Shown here piece after piece: positions 8,484 through 17,148 of a stretch of 64,000 nt of DNA. A program made the position numbers and the translations under genes. Below the pieces are notes generated by a model. That model made no database searches. It saw only the letters and a list, made by a program, of their open reading frames with translations, and was not told the DNA's origin. How positions within the stretch are numbered: position 1 is the stretch's first letter; each line of letters opens with the position of its first letter. Source of the DNA: a bacterium (GTDB lineage Bacteria; Chloroflexota; Dormibacteria; Aeolococcales; Bog-877); assembly GCA_021802045.1 (NCBI GenBank), contig JAKABB010000003.1:2630-66629 (forward strand), in the 5' to 3' direction.

Positions 8484-9242
8484 TCAGCCCCCGGCCGACG
8501 GCCGCACCGGGCGCCACTCCCGAGCGATGCGCACCCGCAGCCGCACCAACTCTCGTACCGCGCGCAGAATCGGCACCAGCCGTCCTCCGGACCGCACCCC
8601 CGCAAGCCGCCGGTGGTGCGGCACACCTGCCTGGGCCACCCGAAACCCGCAGCGCCCCGCCTTGAAGTACAGTTCCGTATTCAGCAGTGCGGCCCGGGCC
8701 AACAGCGGCGACACCGCCTCCAACACCTCACGCCGCATCAACTTCAGCCCACAGTCGACATCGCGGTACCGGATCCCGTACAACACCCGCACGAACACAT
8801 TGAAGGTGCCGCTCACCACCGATCGGTGCCAGGGATCTGCGCGATGGATCCGCCAGCCCCCAATCAGATCGGCGACCGGTAACAGCGCCACCAGCTTGAG
8901 CAGGTCCCCTGCGTCGAACTGTCCGTCCCCGTCCATGAACGCGACATAGTCCCCTCGGCTCGCCCTCAGTCCATCAGCGACGCTGATCCCGTATCCCAGC
9001 TTCTGACCGTGTCGTACCACCGTGAGCCGATCCGCGTCATCGCCCAACGCCTCTCTCGCGCGCTCTACAGTCCTGTCGTGGCACCCATCGTCGACTAGGA
9101 CAACCTCGAAGTCCGGTGTAAGCCTGCTCAACACATCGCGGCTGCGCCGCACCACCCCCGCGATGTTTTCCGCCTCATTGTGCACCGGGATGACCAGGGA
9201 CAAGGCTCCGTTCAGCGTCACCCCCGCCTCTGCAGCCCTCAT
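8484..9242 (-). CDS. Family 2 glycosyltransferase, polyprenyl-phosphate sugar synthase-like (ArnC/PpgS/GtrB/DPM1-like)
   Basis: Motifs LSLVIPVHNEAENI, VVLVDDGCHD and AFMDGDGQFD are present. I chose the start MRAAEAG at 9242 because its ATG overlaps the nuoN stop (ATGA). Confidence 0.85.
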   Translation of the reverse strand: MRAAEAGVTLNGALSLVIPVHNEAENIAGVVRRSRDVLSRLTPDFEVVLVDDGCHDRTVERAREALGDDADRLTVVRHGQKLGYGISVADGLRASRGDYVAFMDGDGQFDAGDLLKLVALLPVADLIGGWRIHRADPWHRSVVSGTFNVFVRVLYGIRYRDVDCGLKLMRREVLEAVSPLLARAALLNTELYFKAGRCGFRVAQAGVPHHRRLAGVRSGGRLVPILRAVRELVRLRVRIAREWRPVRPSAGG

Positions 9243-10804
9243 CCCGTCACTGCGTGAATGCCCTGGATCACCCCGTATACGACCGTCGGGAAGATTCCCA
9301 GCACCAGTGTCGCCGCGGCTGCCGTAAGCACCAGGACGCGTCCGGGCAGGGTCCACCCCGCCCGGCGGTCGCCCGTCTGCACGGCCCAGCTCTCCAGCTG
9401 GTCGCCACCGGTGCTCCCCGGGTCCATGCCCTCAGTCTCACCGGCCTGGCCCAACATCAGCAGCGTCACACGCAGGTAATAGAACACTGACACGGCCGAC
9501 GTCACCACGCCCCACACGGCCAGAGGGACTTGCCCGTCGTGAATGGCCGCCGAGAACAGGAAGAACTTCCCAAAGAAGCCGGCGGTCAGGGGAAAACCGG
9601 CGAGGGACAGAAGGAAAATGGCCAGCAGTCCCGCCAGAAACGGCTCCCGTCGCCCTAATCCCCTCAAGTGCCGATACTCGTCGCACTCCCTGCCACGGCT
9701 GCTCAGGATCGTCAGAACGGCGAACGCGCCGGTGTTCATAGCCGTGTAGGCCGCCAGATAGTACAACGCCGCTGCAGTCCCGTCGGGTTGTCCTACCGCC
9801 ACGCCGATCAGGATGTAGCCAGCCTGCGCGATCCCGGAGTACGCCAGCATCCGCTTCATCGAACGCTGCGCCAGTGCCACCACGTTGCCGAAAATCATCG
9901 ACGCGATCGCCACGAGGGCCAAGGGCACCGTCCACCCGCTCTGGGCGCTCCCGAACGTCGTCGAGAAAAGCCGAAGGAAGGCGGCAAACGCCGCGACCTT
10001 GGTCGCAACAGACATGAACGTCGTGACCACCACCGGAGATCCCTCGTACACGTCCGGCGTCCACCAGTGGAACGGCGCAGCGGACACCTTGAACGCCAGC
10101 CCGATACCAATCAACCCGATCCCCGCCATGAGGAGCGGACTCACGTGTCCGGCAGGTACCGCCTCCAGCAGGACCCGGTGGATGGCGGTGAGATTGGTCT
10201 TGCCCGTATCGCCATAGACCAGCGCCATCCCGTACAAGAGGAATGCCGACGCGAACCCTCCCAGCAGAAGGTACTTCATCCCGGCCTCTTGCGACCGACG
10301 CTCATCTCGCGCGAATCCCGCCAGGACGTACAGCGGGATGGACAGCAGCTCCACTCCGAGGAAGATCACGATCAGATTGGTGCCACCGGCCAGTGTCAGC
10401 ATGCCGACCACGGACGCTAGCAACAGAATGTAGTACTCGCCCGCGTGCAGGCCCCGCCCTGCGAGGTACGGCGGGCTGAGTAGGACCACCACGATCGCGG
10501 TGCTCAGGATGAGGGCGTCAGAGAACAGTCCAAAGCGATCAGCGACAAACGATCCGTCAAACGTCGCGTAGGCGTGGGCAGCCCCACCCCACTGCCAGAT
10601 GACCGCCACCAAGGCGGCACTCAACACGGCCGCCGTCCCGACCGCCAGGATGCCCCGGCGGCTAGGCGGCACTAGCAAGTCCGCGATGAGCATCAGGACC
10701 ATCCCCGCCCCGACTATCAGCTCCGGCAGTGCCGAGAGAAGGTCGACCGCCGGAACGAAGTGAAGGGGGTACCATGGCAGGGCCCCCACCGACCATCCGG
10801 TCAT
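9239..10804 (-). CDS. nuoN: NADH-quinone oxidoreductase subunit N
   Basis: This is a polytopic antiporter-like sequence (KYLLLGGFASAFLLYG, FKVSAAPFHWWTPDVYEG). It sits last in the nuo gene order and overlaps nuoM by ATGA. Confidence 0.93.
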   Translation of the reverse strand: MTGWSVGALPWYPLHFVPAVDLLSALPELIVGAGMVLMLIADLLVPPSRRGILAVGTAAVLSAALVAVIWQWGGAAHAYATFDGSFVADRFGLFSDALILSTAIVVVLLSPPYLAGRGLHAGEYYILLLASVVGMLTLAGGTNLIVIFLGVELLSIPLYVLAGFARDERRSQEAGMKYLLLGGFASAFLLYGMALVYGDTGKTNLTAIHRVLLEAVPAGHVSPLLMAGIGLIGIGLAFKVSAAPFHWWTPDVYEGSPVVVTTFMSVATKVAAFAAFLRLFSTTFGSAQSGWTVPLALVAIASMIFGNVVALAQRSMKRMLAYSGIAQAGYILIGVAVGQPDGTAAALYYLAAYTAMNTGAFAVLTILSSRGRECDEYRHLRGLGRREPFLAGLLAIFLLSLAGFPLTAGFFGKFFLFSAAIHDGQVPLAVWGVVTSAVSVFYYLRVTLLMLGQAGETEGMDPGSTGGDQLESWAVQTGDRRAGWTLPGRVLVLTAAAATLVLGIFPTVVYGVIQGIHAVTG

Positions 10805-12597
10805 GGTGCGCTACCACCGCCCGGGGGTTGAGGGGCAGATGAGGATGCGACACCGAGCCCCAGTGTCGGCATCAGAGCCTGCGGCCCCCGCCCATCGAGC
10901 CGCATGTACTGGCTTGCATTGAAGCGAATCGTACTGATGATCGGGCTGGGATAGATCCCGACCCCTATGCACACAGCCACCAGCGGCGCCAACAGTGCGA
11001 TCTCGAGAGCCCGCAGATCGCGTACTCCTCCCCCCGACACCGAGCCACCGGCACGCCTCTCCTCCCCACCGGTGCCCGGGATCCGCACGGCCCCCTGGGT
11101 AAGTCCCTGGTATAGGCGCAACATGTACCAGCAGGCGATGACCACCCCCAGGCTGGCCGCTACGGCCCACGCGGGAGAAACCTGGAACACTCCCAGCAGA
11201 ATCAGGAACTCGCCCACGAAGCTGTTCATCAGGGGCATGCCCATGCCCGCGAGCACCAGAACTAAGAACATCCCGGCCATGATCGGCATCGGCCGCGCCA
11301 AGCCACCCATCCGCCCCAGGTCCCGAGTTCCGAATCGCACCTCCAGCATCCCCACGCACAGGAACAGCCCAGCAACAATGATCCCATGGTTCACCATCTG
11401 CACAATGGCTCCACCCAGCCCGTCGACGTTCAGGGCGAAAATGCCCAACACCACAAACCCAAGGTGGCTGATGGATGAGTAGGCCACAATCTGGCGAATG
11501 TCACGCTGCCCGAGCGCCATCAGGCCACCGTAGAGGATGCTAGTCACCCCCAAAGCCAGCATGACGGGCTGGAAGAAGTGGCTTGCCTGAGGGAACAGTG
11601 CGAGATTGTAGCGAATCAGGCCAAACGCGCCAAGCTTGCTCACAATACCGGCGAAAAATATCAGAAACGGAGTCGTTCCAGAGCCGTATGCGTCCGGCAG
11701 CCAGGTGTGGAACGGCACAAGCGGCACCTTGATCGCAAAGGCCAAGGCAAACGCCAGGAACAGCCACTGTTCCGGCGTTAGGAACGTGAACACGTGCCCG
11801 AAGATGGTCAGCGATGTCGGGTGCTGCCCGATGACCTGCGTAGCCATCGCGATCTGGGTCGGTACGTCAAAGGTGTAGACGCCTGTCTCGGCCCCCGTGA
11901 TGAAGTAGAGACCCAGGATGGCAAGCAGCATGAAGAGACTGCCCGCCACCGTGTAGATGATGAACTTCAGGGCCGCCGCACCTCTCCTCGGCCCGCCCCA
12001 TCCCAACAACTGGAAGTACAGCGGGATGAGAGCGGCCTCCCAGAAGAAGTAGAAGAGAACCAGGTCCAGCGACACCAGCACGCCGATCACCCCGGTCTCT
12101 GCCAGGCCCATGAGAATCAGGAAGCTCCTAGGACGATCCTCCCTGCGTGACAGGGCGACCGCCGCCAACAGAAATAGCAGCCCGGTCAGCGCGACCATCC
12201 ACACCGCCAAGCCATCTACACCAATATGAAACGAGAAGTTTATTGGCGGCGCAAACGCCTGATTGACCCCGTTGTTCCCCTGGTTCAGAGCCTGCCTGAA
12301 CTGTCCCAATGCCCGGGTCGATCCCAACCAAGACAGCTGCTCCTGGAACTGGAACGTGATGGGCGACGCCACATGTGCCAAAGATCTTCCGTGCACCGAC
12401 CCGCCCAGGACCGCGGATCCAACCTTGGGGGTTGCGTAGAAGCTCACCAGCATGACTAGGGACAGTGCAAACGTCGCCGCCGCGAAGGCTATCCCGACAG
12501 TGCGCACTGCCATCGTCCGTGACGCCGGGATCAAGGCCAGCACCGCGCTACCAAGCAGCGGCAGGAAGAGGGTGATGCCCAGAATCGGCCAGGTCAT
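10801..12597 (-). CDS. nuoM: NADH-quinone oxidoreductase subunit M
   Basis: The sequence is antiporter-like (FFWEAALIPLYF, KVPLVPFHTWLPDAY). It lies between nuoL and nuoN with 4-nt overlaps on both sides. Confidence 0.93.
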   Translation of the reverse strand: MTWPILGITLFLPLLGSAVLALIPASRTMAVRTVGIAFAAATFALSLVMLVSFYATPKVGSAVLGGSVHGRSLAHVASPITFQFQEQLSWLGSTRALGQFRQALNQGNNGVNQAFAPPINFSFHIGVDGLAVWMVALTGLLFLLAAVALSRREDRPRSFLILMGLAETGVIGVLVSLDLVLFYFFWEAALIPLYFQLLGWGGPRRGAAALKFIIYTVAGSLFMLLAILGLYFITGAETGVYTFDVPTQIAMATQVIGQHPTSLTIFGHVFTFLTPEQWLFLAFALAFAIKVPLVPFHTWLPDAYGSGTTPFLIFFAGIVSKLGAFGLIRYNLALFPQASHFFQPVMLALGVTSILYGGLMALGQRDIRQIVAYSSISHLGFVVLGIFALNVDGLGGAIVQMVNHGIIVAGLFLCVGMLEVRFGTRDLGRMGGLARPMPIMAGMFLVLVLAGMGMPLMNSFVGEFLILLGVFQVSPAWAVAASLGVVIACWYMLRLYQGLTQGAVRIPGTGGEERRAGGSVSGGGVRDLRALEIALLAPLVAVCIGVGIYPSPIISTIRFNASQYMRLDGRGPQALMPTLGLGVASSSAPQPPGGGSAP

Positions 12598-14582
12598 GTG
12601 AGGTGCAGTCCGAGTACGAGCAACCCGATCACGGCGAACACGAAGAACACCAGGGCGTAGTCGCGCAGCAGGCCGCTCTGAAACGTCCGAAAGTCATCGG
12701 CGAGCGTCTGCACGGCCGAGCGCACGCCGTCGACTGCCCCATTGAACACCCCCGGCTCTATCACCCGACGGCACGCCGTGGCAAGTCCCACCATCGGTCG
12801 AGCCAGCATGGCATCGTACACCTCGTCCCAGTAGAACTTCTGCAATGAGAGTTGGTAAACCCAGGGCGCTCGCCGCGGCACGAGATCTCTCGCGATAGCT
12901 TGCCGTCCATACACGAGGAAGGCCAGCCCGAGCCCTCCCATGCTGAGCGCTGTCCCTACCAGCAGCGCCAACAGGGCCACACCTGGCGCCGGCACCCGGG
13001 CAATCGGGCCGAATACGGGCGCGAGGAAGGTCGCAACGATGGTTATGGGGTGAAATGTCCCGAAGTCGATGTTGGTGAACCCGAAGAGGGCCGCCAGCGC
13101 CGCGAGCACGAGCACCGGACCCACCATGACTCGCGGCGCCTCGTGGGCCTTGGACGCCTCCTCGCCGTGAGCTTCCCCGTGGAACGTGACCCAGAGGACG
13201 CGAAAGCTGTAGAACGAGGTGAGCACATTAACAACCACTCCCGCCACCCACAGCCACGGGGTGGCCGGGCCGAGAACCAGCCCGTTCCCAAGCAGCTCCT
13301 CCTTGCTGAACCAGCCCGCAAACAGTGGTATTCCCGACAGCGCTAGCGTCCCGACGGCGAATGCCGGATAGGTGAATCTCAACCGCCTCCGCAGTCCCCC
13401 CATCTGCCGGATGTCTTGCTCGCCGCCGATGCCGTGAATGACGTTACCAGCCGCCATGAACAGCAGGGCCTTGAAGAACGCATGCGCCACCAACTGGAAG
13501 ATCGCGGCCGAGTAGGCGCCGATGCCAGCCGAAAAGATCATCAACCCTATCTGGCTCATCGTGGAGTACGCAATCACGCGCTTGATGTCGAATTGGGTAC
13601 AGCCAATGATGGCGGCCATGAGAGCCGTCCCCATCCCAATGACGGCCACGACGGCTCCGGCCGTCGGTGCCTGCTCGAAGATCGGATGGAACCGGCAGAC
13701 CAGATAGACGCCCGCCGTCACCATCGTCGCGGCGTGGATCAGAGCCGAGACCGGAGTCGGGCCCTCCATGGCGTCCGGTAGCCAGGTGTGCAGCGGCCAC
13801 TGCGCGGACTTCGCCGCCGCGCCAGCGAACAGCAAGAGGCCGATCACCGTGACCAGTCCGGACCCCGCAGGTCCCAGTCCATTGTGGAAGTGCGCGCCCG
13901 GCCCCACGTTGGCAAAGATGGTCGCGAAATCCACAGTGTGAAGCAGGTTGCCTGAGCGGCCCCGCAAATTGAGGAATATCAGGAAGGCCGCTAACACCAA
14001 GCCCACGTCACCGATTACCTGCGTGATGAAGGCCTTGCGCCCAGCAGCCACCGCCGTCGGCCGCTCATACCAGAAGGCGATCAGCGCGTAGGAGGCGAAT
14101 GCGACCATCGCCCACCCGATGATGAGGAAGACCAGGTTGGCACTCAGAACCAGAACGAGCATGCTGGTGATGAAGAAGTTCATGTAGGCAAAGAACCGAT
14201 TGAAGCCACGATCCTCGGCCATGTAACCAACGCTGTAAATGTGGATGAGGCCACCCACACCAGTGATCACCCCCATCATCACCAGCGACAGGGGGTCTAC
14301 CAGGACATTGAAGGTTGCACCGAACCCACCGTGCTTGCCGCCCAAGCTGAGCCAGTGCCAGAGGGTCACGGTGATGCTCCGATCGGCCGGAGCCCGCTCC
14401 AACACCCCGACCGTCAGCAGGACCACGCAGGCGAAGGCGCCCACAATGACCCCCGGACCAAGGAGCCGGACCACCCTCCTAGGCACTAGCGTGCCGCCCA
14501 ACGTGACCACAAGGAATCCCAGTGTCGGCAGTCCGAGGATCCCTGCGACCAGAAGGCGCACGGTGGCTGCGTCCACGATCAC
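12594..14582 (-). CDS. nuoL: NADH-quinone oxidoreductase subunit L
   Basis: Motifs GAAAKSAQWPLHTWLPDAMEGPTPVSALIHAATMVTAG and a long C-terminal extension are present. The GTG start overlaps the nuoK stop (GTGA). Confidence 0.93.
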   Translation of the reverse strand: MIVDAATVRLLVAGILGLPTLGFLVVTLGGTLVPRRVVRLLGPGVIVGAFACVVLLTVGVLERAPADRSITVTLWHWLSLGGKHGGFGATFNVLVDPLSLVMMGVITGVGGLIHIYSVGYMAEDRGFNRFFAYMNFFITSMLVLVLSANLVFLIIGWAMVAFASYALIAFWYERPTAVAAGRKAFITQVIGDVGLVLAAFLIFLNLRGRSGNLLHTVDFATIFANVGPGAHFHNGLGPAGSGLVTVIGLLLFAGAAAKSAQWPLHTWLPDAMEGPTPVSALIHAATMVTAGVYLVCRFHPIFEQAPTAGAVVAVIGMGTALMAAIIGCTQFDIKRVIAYSTMSQIGLMIFSAGIGAYSAAIFQLVAHAFFKALLFMAAGNVIHGIGGEQDIRQMGGLRRRLRFTYPAFAVGTLALSGIPLFAGWFSKEELLGNGLVLGPATPWLWVAGVVVNVLTSFYSFRVLWVTFHGEAHGEEASKAHEAPRVMVGPVLVLAALAALFGFTNIDFGTFHPITIVATFLAPVFGPIARVPAPGVALLALLVGTALSMGGLGLAFLVYGRQAIARDLVPRRAPWVYQLSLQKFYWDEVYDAMLARPMVGLATACRRVIEPGVFNGAVDGVRSAVQTLADDFRTFQSGLLRDYALVFFVFAVIGLLVLGLHLT

Positions 14583-14887
14583 TCCCTCATCTCCGAGAGC
14601 TCGTCAACGTCAAGGCCCCGGCCACTTCGGAAGACGCCCGTAATCAACGCCAAGCCCACGACCACCTCACTCGCCGCAACGGTGATAACGATCAGGGCAA
14701 ACACCTGCCCGTCCATCGTGTGGGTGAACCGCCCGAAGGCGATCAGCGCCAGATTACCCGCATTGAGCATCAATTCGATGCACATGAATACCACTATGGG
14801 ATTGCGCCGGACCAGCACCCCGACTGCCCCGATCGCGAACAGGGCGGCAGACAGCCCGATGAAGCCGGGGAAGAGATTGTGGTTCAC
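14579..14887 (-). CDS. nuoK: NADH-quinone oxidoreductase subunit K
   Basis: This is a 102-aa protein with three TM segments and the motif MCIELMLNAGNLALIAF. Its operon position fits nuoK. Confidence 0.93.
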   Translation of the reverse strand: MNHNLFPGFIGLSAALFAIGAVGVLVRRNPIVVFMCIELMLNAGNLALIAFGRFTHTMDGQVFALIVITVAASEVVVGLALITGVFRSGRGLDVDELSEMRE

Positions 14888-15414
14888 GATGCTCGCCGAC
14901 GCCGTGAGAGATAGACCGCTCCCACCGCCGCCACCAAGAGCAGGAGGGAACTCAGCTCGAATGGCAGTAGGAAGGTGGTGAATAGCTGCTCCCCGAGCGT
15001 CTGGACCTGGCCGTGCCGGTCCACCAGGACTGGGGCAAATGGGCCCAGACGGCCATAGAACCGTCCACTGGCGGCGACACTGACGCCGTTCAGGGTCAGC
15101 CGAGCCACCACGACCGTAAAGGCCACCGCGGCCAGGCCCCCGATGAGCACTCGCGCCTCAAGCGGGTGGAGTCTCTCCTGGGCGCCAGGCGACAGCAGGG
15201 CGATAATGAAGACAAATAGCACCATGACCGCGCCCGCATACACGATGATCTGCACGGCTGCCAAGAACTGCGCATCCAGGGTCAGGAAGAGCACGGCTAG
15301 CGCGACCATGTTCGCAACAAGGGCCAGGGCCGAGTAGAGCGTACGCTGGGCCACCACTACCCCCAAGGCTGCCACCACAGCTACGGCCGCCGCCAGACCG
15401 AAGATGACGCTCAT
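14884..15414 (-). CDS. nuoJ: NADH-quinone oxidoreductase subunit J
   Basis: The motif FLAAVQIIVYAGAVMVLFVFII is present, and the gene lies between nuoI and nuoK with overlapping stops and starts. Confidence 0.9.
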   Translation of the reverse strand: MSVIFGLAAAVAVVAALGVVVAQRTLYSALALVANMVALAVLFLTLDAQFLAAVQIIVYAGAVMVLFVFIIALLSPGAQERLHPLEARVLIGGLAAVAFTVVVARLTLNGVSVAASGRFYGRLGPFAPVLVDRHGQVQTLGEQLFTTFLLPFELSSLLLLVAAVGAVYLSRRRRAS

Positions 15415-16001
15415 GCCGGTGGGGTGTCCGCAGGATCACCGCTGGCGGCGGGGATCACCGGCCGCAGTCCAGGGGCCCTTCCAGCCGGACCGCTGTGCGG
15501 CGACCCCGCCCCCATCGGAGTCGGTTGCGACGCCGGCCGTCCTAGGCCCGGCGCTACCCCTTGGCTCATCGTCGTGAACCCAGACCAAGCCTCCAGGAGG
15601 TCGTCCTTCGTCGCGATCAGCCGTTCCCGCTTGTAGTCTACAAGATCCAGCCGGGGCCCCATGGTGATCGCCTCGGTCGGGCATGCCTCAGTGCAGTATC
15701 CGCAGTAGATGCACCGCATGAGGTTGATCTCATACCGCACGGCGTAGCGCTCGCCCGGAGACACCGGATGGGCCGGGTCGTTGGCCGCGGCCTGCACGTA
15801 GATGCATCCAACCGGGCAGGCCCCCGCGCACAGCTCACAGCCGATGCACTTCTCGAGCCCGTTGTCGTAGCGGTGGAGAATATGCCGCCCCCTTGCCCTC
15901 GGCGGCACAGGCCTCTGCTCCTCTGGGTATTGGATGGTGATCGGCCGTGAGGCCATCGCCCGCGCCGTCGCTCGCAGCCCTCCCAGAAGTTCGCGAAACA
16001 C
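15411..16001 (-). CDS. nuoI: NADH-quinone oxidoreductase subunit I (2x[4Fe-4S] ferredoxin)
   Basis: Two CxxCxxCxxxCP motifs are present (CIGCELCAGACP, CIYCGYCTEACP). I chose the GTG start at 16001 behind a GGGGGAGG SD. The track ORF extends to 16085. Confidence 0.92.
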   Translation of the reverse strand: MFRELLGGLRATARAMASRPITIQYPEEQRPVPPRARGRHILHRYDNGLEKCIGCELCAGACPVGCIYVQAAANDPAHPVSPGERYAVRYEINLMRCIYCGYCTEACPTEAITMGPRLDLVDYKRERLIATKDDLLEAWSGFTTMSQGVAPGLGRPASQPTPMGAGSPHSGPAGRAPGLRPVIPAASGDPADTPPA

Positions 16002-16053
16002 CCCTACACCTCCCCCGCGGTGCGAGGCCGCCAGACCACATCTGTAGTCGCCA

Positions 16054-17148
16054 CTATCGCACCGCCACGAACACGGCCGTGACAACGATGTTCGCCAGAC
16101 CCAGTGGCAGAAGGACCTTCCAGCCGAACTGCATCAGCCGGTCATACCGCAGACGCGGGAACGTCCAGCGCACCCACATCATTACGAATAGCAGCAAGCC
16201 GGCCTTCGCCACGAACCATATTGGCCCCAGCCAGCTGGGCAGGAACCACACCGGTGCCAGCCACCCGCCCAGAAAGAGCACCGTAGCGATGGAGCACACC
16301 GTCACCATGTTGATGTACTCAGCAAAGAAGAACAGCCCGAAGCGCATCCCCGCGAACTCCGTGTGGTAGCCCGCACCGAGTTCACCCTCCGCCTCCGGTA
16401 GATCGAAGGGCAGGCGGTTGGTCTCAGCGAACGCCGCCGTGAAGTAGAGCAGGAAGCCCAAGGGCTGGAGGAATATGAACCACAACCCCTGCTGCTGATG
16501 CACCATCTGCTCCAGGTTAAGAGTTCCGGCCAGGAGGATGGGCCCGACAATGGCGAAGCTCACGGCCATCTCGTAGCTGATGAGCTGGGCCGAGCTCCTC
16601 AGCGCTCCAAGAAGCGAGTACTTCGAGTTGCTCGACCAACCGCCGAGGAAAATCGCGTAGACGCCCATCGACGTGACGGCCAGTATGTACAGAAGGCCGA
16701 TATTGACATTGGCTAGGTCCCAGTGGAGAAGGTAGCCACCGGCGCAACTCACGGACAGCGGACCTGCGCCGCCATGTCCACCCACACAGATGGTTCGGTT
16801 GATGGGGATCGTAGCGAACGCGAAGAGGGCGGCTCCCGCGGCCAGCGCCGGAGCGATCTGGAACAACACCCGGTCTCGGCCGGCAGGTGCGGCCTTCTCC
16901 TTGAAGATCAGCTTGACCCCATCAGCGGCTGGCTGCAGCAGCCCTCCTGGGCCCACCCGGTTCGGTCCGATCCGCAGTTGAATACGCGCCGCGATCTTGC
17001 GCTCGAGCAGGGTCAGGTAGGCTGCCGCGGTTGCCAACGCGAACACCACCAGAACACCCTTGACCAACGCGACTACTAGTGTCAGCGGCAGGCTGACCGG
17101 CGCACGGACCACCGCGAGGGTCACCACGCTCACCGCAGCTTGCCCCAT
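16054..17148 (-). CDS. nuoH: NADH-quinone oxidoreductase subunit H
   Basis: Motifs LLERKIAARIQLRIGPNRVGPGGLLQPAADGVKL and FDLPEAEGELGAGYHTEF are present. I chose the start MGQAAV at 17148, which overlaps the nuoG end by 19 nt. Confidence 0.92.
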   Translation of the reverse strand: MGQAAVSVVTLAVVRAPVSLPLTLVVALVKGVLVVFALATAAAYLTLLERKIAARIQLRIGPNRVGPGGLLQPAADGVKLIFKEKAAPAGRDRVLFQIAPALAAGAALFAFATIPINRTICVGGHGGAGPLSVSCAGGYLLHWDLANVNIGLLYILAVTSMGVYAIFLGGWSSNSKYSLLGALRSSAQLISYEMAVSFAIVGPILLAGTLNLEQMVHQQQGLWFIFLQPLGFLLYFTAAFAETNRLPFDLPEAEGELGAGYHTEFAGMRFGLFFFAEYINMVTVCSIATVLFLGGWLAPVWFLPSWLGPIWFVAKAGLLLFVMMWVRWTFPRLRYDRLMQFGWKVLLPLGLANIVVTAVFVAVR

